Source of the DNA: Octopus vulgaris
Taxonomy: Eukaryota
Direction of reading: 5' to 3'
Assembly: GCA_951406725.2 (NCBI GenBank)
Contig: OX597814.1
Location: forward strand, 175,708,001 to 175,772,000
DNA: 64,000 bases
Below are positions 42,755 through 55,096 of the stretch, piece after piece (within the stretch, counting starts at the first letter, position 1; each line of letters opens with the position of its first letter). The position numbers and the translations under genes were made by a program. The notes under the pieces were generated by a model, which saw only the letters and a program-made list of their open reading frames with translations, searched no databases and had not been told where the DNA came from.

Positions 42755-43230
42755 GGCGTGTCTGTGTGGTAAGAAGCTTTTGGTATGTATAAGGCGGCGA
42801 GCTGGCAGAAACGTTAGCACGCCGGGCGAAATGCACAGCGGTATTTCGTCTGTCTTTACGTTCTGAGTTCAAATTCCGCCGAGGTTGACTTTGCCTTTCA
42901 TCCTTTCGGGGTCGATTAAATAAGTACCAGTTACGATCTGGGGTCGATATAATCGACTTAATCCATTTGTCTGTCCTTGTTTGTCCTCTCTGTGTTTAGC
43001 CCCTTGTGGGTAGTAAAGAAACAAGAAGCTTGCTTCTCTAAAATATGGTTCCGGGTTCAGCCCCAATGCGTGGCACCTTGAGCAAGTGTATTTTACTATA
43101 GCCTCAGGCCGACCAAAGTCTTCTGGGTGGATTTGGTAGACAGAAATTCAAAGAAGCCCGTCGTGTGTATATTTATATATACAGGTGGTGCTCCAGCATG
43201 ACCGTAGTCAAAGGACTGAAACAAAGAAAA
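42755..43230 (+). mobile_element. Family A SINE interrupted by a family B SINE (42792-43021)
   Basis: TSD aagaagctt at 42771-42779 and 43023-43031. Confidence 0.9.
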
Positions 43231-43706
43231 AAAGAATATATATATATATATATATATACACACGCACACACACATATGTATGTATGTGTATGTCCATGAA
43301 TTATTGAACCCAAATGGGAGGTCGAACATACACGAGTGTAAACTATATATAAGTATGTAACCCTATATATCACATCAGGTTTCTAAAGAGCAAGAATTAC
43401 TGCTAGATTCATTCAATCCGAAAATTAATGCATATATTTGAGAAGAGAGCTGACAACAAACATCGAATTGAAAGAGTTTTCTTATCTGTATACACGTTGT
43501 ATTTGAAGATATATTTGCAGAAGGCTTGCGGTTTTTTGAGGTAATTATCGAACGAGTCATATTTAAAGCCACGCTTAAATCTTCGGCTGTTGTCATTTTA
43601 GGTCACTTTATTATTAATAAACGATCACGTTGTTGAGCAGTTGGTGTCTGGATTCGCTCATGCTACTTTCGAGTTAATTAAAATATCCACGTTTTTCGCA
43701 AAGTGG

Positions 43707-43984
43707 AGGCACATGGCCTAGTGGTTAGAGCAGCTAACTCGCAGTCGAGGGATCACGGGTTCGAATCTCAGACCGGGCGATGTGTGTGTTTATGAGCGAA
43801 ACACCTAAGCTCCACGCGGCTTCGGCAGAAGGTAATGGCGAGCCTCTGCCGACTCTTTCGCCACAACTTTCTCTCACTCTTTCCTCTTGCAGCTCACCTG
43901 CAGCGGACCGGCGTCCCGTCCAAGGAAACCGGGAAACTGGCCCTTATGAGTCAGGCGTGGCTCGAGAAGGAACAAACAACAACA
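43707..43984 (+). mobile_element. Family C tRNA-derived SINE, full length
   Basis: A box tggcctagtgg, B box ggttcgaatct; (AAC) tail; imperfect TSD ttttt.gcaa.gtgg. Confidence 0.9.
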
Positions 43985-44909
43985 TTTTTTGCAAGGTGGC
44001 TGAGACTGATGACATCCCTCCCTTGTAATCTTTACATCTTTATATTCGGAATTTAAAATCTTATAAACAAAAACCTCCGATTTCAAACAGTGAAACCAAA
44101 TTATCGTTAAAGGAAGGATGAAAAGCAAAGTTGCTCCCTTGATATTTGAACTCAGATCAAAGAAAGACATGACAAAGTAATATAATCAGACATTTTACCC
44201 AATGTGTCTACTGGGTTCTACACTACTCTGTACATTAAAGCCATTATCATATTAAATGTCTAAATGTCTGAGATGAGTTATAGTTAATGAGATTAGGATT
44301 TAGAAGAAAAAAGCAACAACACAAATATCTCAAAAACAATACGATAATACGATAATAATATTTTTGACTATTAACTTAATTTAACCTCATTTTTTGAGAT
44401 GAAACATTCGAAAATAAATTTAGATATAAATGTAAATATTAAACAAAATATACTCCATCTTCAAACATGACGTTAAAGAAAAAAAAATTATAATCGTCTT
44501 ATCGGTGATGAATTGACAGCTTCGTTACAGCGTAGGATAGAATGCTTCGTGGTTTTTATTTCTACTCTCTGCGGTCTGGGTTCAAATTACATTAACGTCA
44601 ACTTTGTTGTTCACTGCTTCGGGTTCAATAAAAAGGTAATAAAAAGGGCTGGCAGATCTGGAAGTCTGTCGAACCGCGCCCTATGTCTGTTGCTCCAATC
44701 CTTTGCATTCTGAGCTCAAATCCCGCTTTTGTCTACGTGGAGGTAGACTTATTCTACCACACTTTTTGTCATCTCCCTACCTGGTGCCTAGGGTGCCTTT
44801 AATAAAGTCGCATTTTTGCAAGCTTTTCGGCTATGACACGGGTTAGAGGATACTTTCCTACCCGTGTCATGAGCTCTGGCTTCTCTTGATTATGAGGTAG
44901 ACAAAATAG

Positions 44910-45665
44910 TAGTTTCAAATTTTCGGGTAGAGGGAGTAGGTCGATTACATAGACCCTAATACGCAACTGGTATTTATTTTATCGACCCCGTAAGGATGAA
45001 AGGCAAAGTCGACTTCGGAGAAACATGCACTCAGAACCTAAAGACGAACAAAATACCGCTAAGCATTTTGCCCTCCACGTTAAAGATTCTGTAAGGCTCG
45101 CCACCTTAAAATAAAGATAAACAAAATAATCCTTTCTAATATAGGCACAGGGCCTGAAATTTTGGGGGAGGGTGCCAGTCTATACCATCTGCCACCAGTG
45201 CGTGACTGGTACTTATTTCATCGACCCTGAAAGGCAAAGTCAAGGATGGACGAAATGCCGTGTTTTGCCCGTCGCCTTAACGATTCTGCCAGGCTCACCA
45301 CCTTAAGAAAAGACAAACATAATGATATTAACTATTTTTATACTTTCTTTTTTCTCTGTTTTCCCCACCTTCCTATCTGCTTCTGCGGAATTTCTTCAGT
45401 AGCAAAGTTGATTAACGTTATGGCAGCTACATGAATTATCGGAATTTGACCGTTTTAAAGTAGATTGAAGAACATAATACTGAAAGGGTGGTGATATGGC
45501 AGATCAGACCAAACGGCATTTCTTCCAGCTTTATGCTTTGAGTTCAGAGGCCACTAATGTCGACTTTGCTTTTATCATTTCAAGGTCCATAAGATAACTG
45601 CCTGTTAACCACTGGAATCTATGTAATCGACTAGACCCCTTCCCCAACAAATTTCAGGTCCAGTA
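44910..45665. mobile_element. Cluster of decayed family B SINEs
   Basis: Family motifs at 44910-45108 (-), 45130-45305 (-) and 45485-45665 (+). Confidence 0.7.
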
Positions 45666-46485
45666 CATATAGAACAAAAGTACTGTGTGGGGTGGTGTGT
45701 TGGGTTGGGTGGAATAAGAGACAATCTGTGAAAGTTTGCCTTCCGTTCTCTCACCCACCCACCACCTTAACCCAACCAAACAAATAAACAAAACAAAACA
45801 AAACAAAACAAAAACATCAGTAAAAGCAAATCATTGAGAATTTTACAGCTGAAAAGTGTATTTCTATGCATATAAGCAATATACAACTCGGGAAGAGTTG
45901 CTTCTTATAAAATGAAACATAACAACAGCTATTGTATTGCTATTGATACAAGCGGAAGTTTGATAACAACAGCCTTTGTTACAGAATAGAACGTATCAAA
46001 TCATAGTTTGTTTATTGTTATTGCAGGAAGCCTATAAACAAAATTCATATTTATTTGTTTGCTTACTTTTGTTTTTACTGTCATTTGCTGTTCTTTGTTT
46101 ATTGTGGATGTATCCTACGGTTTCTTCAACAGTTTTCAGGGAAGCATGTATTAATTCCCAAGAGAAGGTCATAAAATAACGTACGAGTATATCAAAAACA
46201 GGAATACATATGCACGCATTAATACATACATGCAAGTATAAATGTATATATATATATATATGTGTGTTTATTATACATGTATATATATGCATATGCATGC
46301 ATATACATGCATATATAAACGAAAGTATATATATATATATACTATTATATACATAAATATACAAACACAACATAACTAGAGCAAAATATTTTAAATTAGT
46401 TGGAGCGGCTTCACTTCAATCATATCTATTCATGTATACCCCCAGACAGACCTATATATGCATGCGTACATGTGTATGAGTGTGT

Positions 46486-46487
<2 letters not shown>

Positions 46488-46566
<79 letters not shown>

Positions 46567-46600
46567 TGTGTGTGTGTGTTTATGTGTGTGTGTGTGTGTT

Positions 46601-46661
<61 letters not shown>

Positions 46662-46679
46662 GTGTGTTTATATATATGT

Positions 46680-46711
<32 letters not shown>

Positions 46712-46825
46712 ATGTATGTATGTATGTATGTATGTATGTATGTGTGTGTATGTATGTATGTATGTATATGTATGTATGTATGTATATGTATGTATGTATG
46801 TATATATATGCATGTATGTATATGT
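46488..46825. repeat. (TA)/(TG)/(TATG) compound microsatellite
   Basis: Direct reading. Confidence 0.97.
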
Positions 46826-47232
46826 ACCTATGCTTAAACATATGCACACAAATGCCTTTGTATGTGATGGTAGAAAACATATATGCGCAAAATAGAAAAA
46901 AACGCTGAATATGCATATCATATTTTTATGGTGTTTGTTAGAAATGAAAAACTTGATTAATCCTTTACTCTGAGTTTCTCGTTTCTGATCTTCACAAAAT
47001 ACACAAAATAGCATAGCTCTTTCTTAAATCCTTCACGCTCTTCGAGATCAAAAAAATCTGTCTGTCTGTCTGTCTGTCTGTCTGTATGTGTATCTGTGTG
47101 TCTGTCTGTCTGCGTAGATACGTGGTAAGTAGTATGCTTCCCAATCATATCTTTCCGGGTTCAGTTCCACTGCATGGCACTTTCGGAAAATGTCTTCTCC
47201 ATTTTTCTCTCTTTCTCTCTCTCTCTCTTTAT

Positions 47233-47415
<183 letters not shown>

Positions 47416-47419
47416 CTGT

Positions 47420-47712
47420 CGGAGAGACAAGGGCCATCTAGAGGTGAGTTCGATTTCCGGACCGGGCTGTGTATTGTGTGTCTTGAGCAAGATATTTTAT
47501 TTCATGTTGCTTCAGTTCACTCAGCTGTAGAAAGGAGTTGCGATGTCACTGGTGCCAAGCTGTATCGGCCTTTACCTTCCCCATGGATAACATCGGAGGT
47601 ATGAAGAGGGGTGGCTGATATGCATGAACGACTGCTGGTCCTCCATAAACAACCTTGCCCGAACTTGTGCCTCTCATGGTCATTCATGACCAAAGGGAGT
47701 CTTTAGCCTTTA
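47420..47712 (+). mobile_element. tRNA-derived SINE with a distinct tail (family E)
   Basis: B-box-like gagttcgatttcc; ttgagcaag..gttgcttcagt body shared with family D. Confidence 0.65.
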
Positions 47713-48321
47713 CTCTAAATTATGATACTCTCTCTAGAATCTGAGATAATGTTAGTAAATCATGAATTTATACTGTGTAGTATTTGACCTATCTATGTTT
47801 GTCTAATTTCATTAGCACGGCTTGACTGAACCTGAAGCTATTGTAGATATGATACTCTCTCACTATACTTCCTAGTGAAATCGAACCCGGAATCATAGCG
47901 TGTGAGTGGTCAGCCGATACATTACCTACTCAACAAGCTATAATCATATTTGTGTGTGTGTGTGTAATTCATAGTATAACATGATTATTCTCGGAAATGA
48001 CAGCTTAGTCTGATACTCAAATTCACATAATGTCTTCACCAATTTGCTATCAGGTTTCAAATTACTCTATTAAATTCGAAATTTAAATACATTCTTTCGG
48101 CGTTTAGGATAGTTTGATTTCTGAATAATATTCTGAATCTAGATTTAGAGAAAATACGACTTCAGTGAAAAATTATTTGTGTAATTCGATAGATTAAGCA
48201 TGTCAAACGTATTTCGTAACTATAAACGAAACGATTGGACGATCATTGTGCTAATCACTCCTCTCCTCTTCCTTCCCCACTCACTCTTTTTCTCTCACTC
48301 TTCTTCTTTTTTCCTTATTCT

Positions 48322-48358
<37 letters not shown>

Positions 48359-48519
48359 AATGAGGTTATCATTCATTCCTCAATAACTTCCTTCTATTTT
48401 CTTTCTTTATATAAATCATTATTCATATGATAACAGTTTAAAATACAGCTAGCATACTCATTCCTGATATAAGTAAAAAGATGAAAAAATTTAATAATTA
48501 TAAGTAAAAAAGTTGTAAT

Positions 48520-48950
48520 TTAGAAACAAGACAAGCAATTTTGAGAATAGGCGAAGTAGTTGATATAATCGACATCATATTTGAATGGTACTCAATTTCA
48601 TTAACCCTGAAGGAGGAATGAGATACTGAACTGACCTCAGCTGGATTTGAATTCAGAACGTGAAATGTCAGAAAAAATACAAGGCAATATGTCTGACGCT
48701 TTAACGATTCTAGCAATCGACTGCCTTGAAGAAACATAAGTTAAGGTTTAAAATTTTGGTACAGGGCCGAGAAGGAGAAAAGTCGATTATATCGATCACA
48801 TTGCTAAACTGGTATTTATTTTATCAATTTGGAAAGAACGAAAGTCAAAGTCGACCTCGGCCGAATTTGAATTCTGAGCATGAAGAAACGGAAGTACTGT
48901 CGCTAAACATCTTGTCCGATGCTTTAACGTTTCTGCCAAGTTGCCGCCCT
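48520..48950 (-). mobile_element. Two decayed family B SINEs
   Basis: caaagtcgacctcgg.cgaatttgaa motifs. Confidence 0.65.
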
Positions 48951-49452
48951 GAAAAAAAAAATAGATAAAAAGAAAAAAACAACACTAATAATAAGTTCTT
49001 TTTCTCTGAGATCGGCTGTCTTCGATAAGAAGTGACATAAAGAATATGAACTTAGACGTAAACGAAAAGGGAATTTTTTTTTATCGTAAATAAATCGATT
49101 GTATACATTTGAATAGGTTTGATGATATAGAAAATTTTCAATAGTGTGAATACATGTGGGCGTGTATGTGTGTATGTGTATGTGTGTACGTGTACTGAAT
49201 ATTCGATTAGTAAAATAAACTAACGTATTGTCTACAATCAAATAAATATAATTTTAGAAAACAGACTTGGCGACGTCAATTTCTGTTTAGAAATAAATTA
49301 GAAACAAAATTTTTTTTTAAAAATAAATAAGCAAACTGCCTAGTAGGTCGTCAGTACTCATTTTCACATAAATACCACTTTTTTGCAAGCTAAAGCATTT
49401 TCGATATAACAAAACAAAAAATCTATTAGAAAGACTATTTTGCTTCTTTTGA

Positions 49453-49644
49453 GCCGTATTTTTCATACATACAAGTCGACTTATGAAGTGTAAACATTCA
49501 GGCATCATCGTTATTTTTCGAAATCCTACTGTATTTCACATGGAATTTTTTTTTCCTCCAAACTAGTCTTGGTGTATAAGTCGACCAACCATTTTGCTGT
49601 AAATTTAGGTCTGAAAAATTCGACTTATATGCCAAAAATACGGC
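49453..49644. mobile_element. pogo/Tc2-like MITE
   Basis: TIR gccgtatttt..ta.aagtcga / tcgacttata..aaaaatacggc; internal repeat of ataagtcgac. Confidence 0.65.
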
Positions 49645-50260
49645 ACTTCAGCTCCCAAATGTTGTACAGTTTTTATAGTGACAAAAGAAACCTGCTCCCA
49701 TATTTAAAACAGTAGAGATGTTGAACACACAGACATCTGAGATCAGATCCGAAAAAAAAAAGCGCCATTCGGTTTACTAGCTCGGAGTCATTCGCCAACA
49801 TTCTCTTAAGTCAACCGACGCGCTGTCTCCTCGCTTTGCTTTTCTACCGTTTCGACAATGGTCAGTGCTCTTCAGAGCTGGTTGTTAAAGAGAACTAAAG
49901 CTTTTTCACTACTAGCCCCAGTGGTTTAACCGGTTATCCTTCGACATAAGGGTAACACGCTTAGCATGATGCTTATACCGAAGAAACAATGCAAACAATA
50001 CTGACTGTAATCACACTCTGCTGGTTTAAATAATGTCTGAAACATTATGTCTGAGAAAAATAAATAGCATGATGGTAACAGCTGGAAAGGTTTTTGATCT
50101 TAAGTCTCCAGTAAGAGATAACATAACCTAAACAACAACAGCAGCAACAACAACAACAACGTTTAATACGATCAGTACAAATACCTACGTTAAAAAAAAA
50201 ATGTTGGAAAGAAAATACTAAGTTAAGCCTTTTGTTATAAAGAAAAATACGGCAATAAAC

Positions 50261-50484
50261 TACGCGGCACTGCTGTAAATTTCTTGAATTTGGGTAAAAG
50301 AAAATACAGGAGGATCAGTTAATTATGATTTTATTCAACATATTTCCTTCTCAGATTCACGCATTTATCGCAACGGTCCTTCAGTTTTTCTAAGCCCTGT
50401 AAAAGAACTCGGAACGCTAGGCCTCTAACCAGGCCTTTCGCTATACTCTTAAAACCAGGGACTTTTCAGCACCCCACTCATAGT
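50261..50484. mobile_element. mariner-derived MITE
   Basis: Right TIR acttttcagcacccc; minus strand DRCDKCVNLRRKYVE* (mariner C-terminus); decayed left TIR. Confidence 0.7.
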
Positions 50485-51019
50485 ATCATATATAAGGGAA
50501 GTGATGTTTCAACAGCTTATGATTTTCGGCGGGAAAACGAATTAGTTTTTGATGGTCTGTGGAGAATAATTATATTTCTATCTTTTCTCTTTAGAATAAC
50601 CCTACCCACAAACGTTATAACTTAGTCCCACCCAACGAAGTACATTCACTTTTAAATTTGCAAATGTCGTTAACAAAAGTTTTACAATAGTTTTTTTTTA
50701 TTCAAACTCCCATTTTTTTTCTTGATTCAGCAAGAAATTTTGATTATCAGAAACATTAAATTTTTCTACCAGTTTTGTTTACAATAAAAAGAGATGAATA
50801 TAGTTTAAAAAAAAGCTCATAACATATAAACCATTCTGTTGCATCGGAATTTCTAAAGGGAAAATTAATAATAATTATTTGCTATGAAAGTGAGAGTTGG
50901 TATTCTGCTCCGAGCAGTTTTTTTCTAAATACAAGTTAGCGTATTCAATTCTGTTTACTAAAATTATACTTATTTGACTGCAGACAGTAAGTTATATTTC
51001 ACTAAAATAATACGATATG

Positions 51020-51059
<40 letters not shown>

Positions 51060-51073
<14 letters not shown>

Positions 51074-51470
51074 GAACATACATATGTATATATATATATA
51101 TATATATTATGAACATACATATGTATATATATATATTATGAACATACATATGTATATATATATATATATTATGAACATACATATGTATATATATGAACAT
51201 ACATATGTATATATATATATTATGAACATACATATGTATATATATATATATTATGAACATACATATGTATATATATATATATTATGAACATACATATGTA
51301 TATATATATATATATTATGAACATACATATGTATATATATATATATATTATGAACATACATATGTATATATATATATATTATGAACATACATATGTATAT
51401 ATATATATATTATGAACATACATATGCATATATATATTATAAACATACATATGCATATATATATATATAT
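51060..51470. repeat. Minisatellite: tatgaacatacatatg + variable (TA)n, about 13 units
   Basis: Direct reading. Confidence 0.95.
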
Positions 51471-52442
51471 AGATGTACGCAGATACACATAGAGGTACAT
51501 ATACATACGTACTTTCATACATCCACCCACCCACACACACATATTACATATTGCACACTGACACACGCATACATATACATGCCATTGATTAGTTTTTATA
51601 TCCTCAAACCTATTCAAGTGCACTCAGTCGATTTGGTTTAAAAAAAAAAACAAAAGAAATTCTTTTACATTTATTCATATTAATTTCACCCTGTCTCGAA
51701 AAAAATAATCAATTTATTATTAACTCATTAGTAAATTGGGTATCGTTTCGACTAATAATGGGTTGACTAATAATAGGATACTGCACATTGCTGTGGAGTT
51801 TTGACGTTCCTATCGCAACCATTTAGTTCTGTATTTAATCTTACAGAGCGCCCTTTTGGATAAAAGTTTTTACTATAACTCTGTTTGAGTAATATCTTCT
51901 GAGTGTAGAAGTCCCGCGTATATGTATGTGTGTGTTCCTATTTTGCAGATGAATATCAACGAAAGATATAAACATCAGCAAGTAAACATTAAACCAGTGG
52001 TTTCAAACAAAGATATCTCATTGTTTTGCTCCTTCTAAGTTGTACAGACGTTTTCTTATCAACTTCTATCCTAGACCTTCAAATATTCTACTCACAACTT
52101 CATTATTCCAGATCCTACACGTAGCTCACTCTTAGTTATATTGCAGTTATTCAGGTAAAATCAAAATCTAGAACACGTAGAGAAATTCATCCATTCCAAA
52201 AATAGATGGTCTTTAGTCAGTAATACAAATCCAGTAAGAACTCAGTCCGAACCAGGTCAGACGATGATCCTTTCGTTACTCGCAAACATTTTTGCCCTAG
52301 ACTCAGCCCATATAACCACCAAACTCTCCAATATTTTTCTCATTTCAGGGATTTATCTTGATCTTTGGAAACACTCTACAATGCCTTTCTTCCTGCCAAC
52401 AACGCTCTATCATAGTCACAGTATCTGTAAGACAACAATGAT

Positions 52443-53469
52443 ACATTTCTATATTTAAGAGATGAGGAATTATGTACATTATTTACATTATTTACAATTG
52501 AAGGATATTTGTCCTCAAATCCCACCATCCATGCAGTGTAAAAAGAAGGATTGCTCAGAGCCTAAAACATCGAGCAATGAATATAAGTAGCGATCGTGAT
52601 ACCCACTACGAAGAAATGATCAAGCTCATTAACAATCTATTAAGTAACAACTACCCCAAAAGCATACTTTCCACTCTAATTATGAAGAAAAGAGAGGATG
52701 AAACCAATAAACTGTCCACAGTTGTCTACTCTATGTGAAAGGCCTCTCCGAAAATATACAATAGATATGCGGCCCATATGAAATCAGGACAGTATCCAAA
52801 AATAGTACAACACTTCGTAAATATCTCCTTCGAGTGAAACGACCAATAGAAGAGAATATGACTAAGAACGCTTGTACTCCATCCCATGCAGCTGTGGTAG
52901 GTTATACAAAGGCGAAACATGCAGCCCCCTCAAAATAAGGGTAGAGGAACATCACAAAGCCGTGACACGGTGAGATATTAATAAATCGGGCATAGCTGAT
53001 CATGTATGGAAAAAAATGGAAATCACCCCTCCTGTGGGATGAAGTTAAAATAATAGACAGCGAACACCACTGGAAAATACGAAAACTTAAAGAAGCAGCA
53101 CATATGCTAGGACACAACAACCTCCTAAGTAGACCGAGTGCAGATCTGAACAGCATTTGGGAACCGATATTAAAAAAGGATAGGAGAATATTAGGTTTAT
53201 AAGCCCAAAAATTCACTCCATAATTCCCTACGAGTATATAGTGTAGTGGTTAAGAGCGCGAGCTACTAACCCCAAGATTCCGAGTTTGATTCCAGGCAGT
53301 GACCTGAATAATAATAACAATAATAATAACAACAACAACATCAAAAAATACCTTATGAATGAGAACCCATGTTCAAAATTTCCCCAATACGCCTGATAAA
53401 GGCTGGAGGGTATATCAGCCGAAACGTTGTGTTAACATATCCGTCAATTATAAATTATGTAAATAATGT
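52443..53469 (+). mobile_element. 5'-truncated Penelope-like element: inverted pLTR piece, RT thumb/GIY-YIG relic (about 52518-53202), tRNA-like module, (AAT)n, HHR pLTR
   Basis: NNYP, YVKGLSE, YSIPCSCGRLYKGET, R..EH, SGIADH, RKLKEA; 52458-52516 is the reverse complement of the 3' end; candidate TSD caacaatgat at 52433-52442 and 53470-53479. Confidence 0.9.
53386..53433 (+). ncRNA. Hammerhead motif of the PLE (core G8>A in this copy)
   Basis: CTGATaA-a-GGCTG-gagggtatat-CAGCC-GAAAC-GTT-gtgtt. Confidence 0.7.
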
Positions 53470-54195
53470 CAACAATGATGTTTTCTAACATTGAATATAT
53501 CTCTCCCTTCTAATCGAGATCCGGATTCCGTGAAGCCAGATTCACCGGTGATCTACGCTAAAAAGTCACCCACCAGTGGGCTCTCACCTTGGAGGAATTT
53601 GATGTAAGCACAGTTGTAGCCATTGGCATCATTAAGACTTTAGATCATATCCAATAAATAAACCTATCAAAACAACCCATATTTTATCTCTACTCGTTAC
53701 TCATCTCTTGGACTGGTAGCTTCTTAGCAGATTGCCCTATCAAGGCGTGGGTTCACAGAGATATTTATGTTCCGCAGCTTGTCAACACTGGTATCCGCTA
53801 AGCATTTTGCCAGTTCGCCGCCTTAGATACGATTATGATATCGATTTTAAATTTTGGCACAAGGCCAACAGTTTCGATTGCACAAACCCCATTACTTCAC
53901 TGATACTTATTTTATCGACTCCGAAATGATGCAAAGCTAAATCGACCTCGGCAGAATTTGAACACAGAACGTAAAGATGGATGAAATGCCGCTAAACATT
54001 TTGTCCGGCATGCTCACGATTCTGCCATCTTGTCGCCGTTAAGAAATTGCATAGAGAGCCACTACAGAGGATCGCACACGTACCTTTCGAACTGTAAAAT
54101 GTGTTGTACCATTAACCTGAGCGACTTATGACTGATACGATTAGAATATTTTAGAATGTAAAATATGGATCTCTATAAGCATTCCCCATCAATAT

Positions 54196-54471
54196 TTTCT
54201 GTTGTTCGATCTATACTGATCTACAAGGCTCATTGAATTAGTATGTAAATGTTTAGTATTCCACAGACATGTGTGCCCTAAAAATAATTCTCAGCGTGAC
54301 ACAATTTAATGAAATTGAACCTCGGAGTTACTGTTACAACTCAGTAACGAGCTTCCGTACAGTTTCCGTCAACTCAATTTCATTCACAAGGGATGGATCA
54401 ACAGGAAGCTATAGGAAGTAAGTGATACCTACCCGACATGATACACAGTGGGATGGAACCCGAGCCTCGTA
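54196..54471. repeat. 276-bp segment duplicated at 59458-59733
   Basis: Same length, only scattered mismatches. Confidence 0.95.
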
Positions 54472-54510
54472 ACTGTGAATGGAACCCTTTTTATAATTAG
54501 GCACACAAAA

Positions 54511-55096
54511 GCGGCGAGCTGGCAGAAACGTTAGCACGCCGGGCGAAATGCGTAGCCGTATTTCGTCTGCCGTTACGTTCTGAGTCCAAATTCCGCCGAG
54601 GTCGACTTTGCCTTTCCTCCTTTCGGGGTCGATTAAATAAGTATCAGTTACACACTGGGGTCGATATAATCGACTTAATCCGTTTGTCTGTCCTTGTTTG
54701 TCCCCTCTGTGTTTAGCCTCTTGTGGGTAGTAAAGAAATAGGTATTTTGTCTGCCGCTAGGTTCTGAGTTAAAATTCCGCCGAGGTTAACTTTGCCTTTC
54801 ATCCTTTCGGGGTCGATTAAATAAGTACCAGTTACGCACTGGGGTCGATATAATCGACTTAATCCGTTTGTCTGTCCTTGTTTGTCCTCTCTGTGTTTAG
54901 CCCCTTGCGGGTAGTAAAGAAATAGGTATTTCGTCTGTCTTTATGTTCTGAGTTAAAATTTCGCCGAGGTCGACTTTGCCTTTCATCCTTTCGTGGTTGA
55001 TAAATTAAGTACCAGTTGCGTACTGGGGTCGATGTAATCGACTGCCCCCTCCCTCCCACAAAATTTCGGGCCTTATGTCTAGGGTAGAAAAGAATA
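54511..55096 (+). mobile_element. Family B SINE, trimeric body
   Basis: One head; units start at 54558, 54742 and 54925; the last unit has the short-type tail. Confidence 0.92.

Larger units (their letters stand above)
52100..53790 (+). pseudogene. Decayed CR1/L2-group LINE RT remnant split by the PLE
   Basis: GIYLDLWKHS before the insertion; GFREARFTGDL, AIGIIKTLD and LISWTGSFL after it. Confidence 0.55.

Noticed and set aside
43707-43780. tRNA gene (also 5188, 11816, 53232)
   Set aside because: A/B boxes are present but there is no proper acceptor stem, and each continues into a repeat body; these are SINE-type heads
51060-51470. CRISPR-like repeat-spacer array
   Set aside because: Spacers are only (TA)n, the context is eukaryotic, and there are no cas genes
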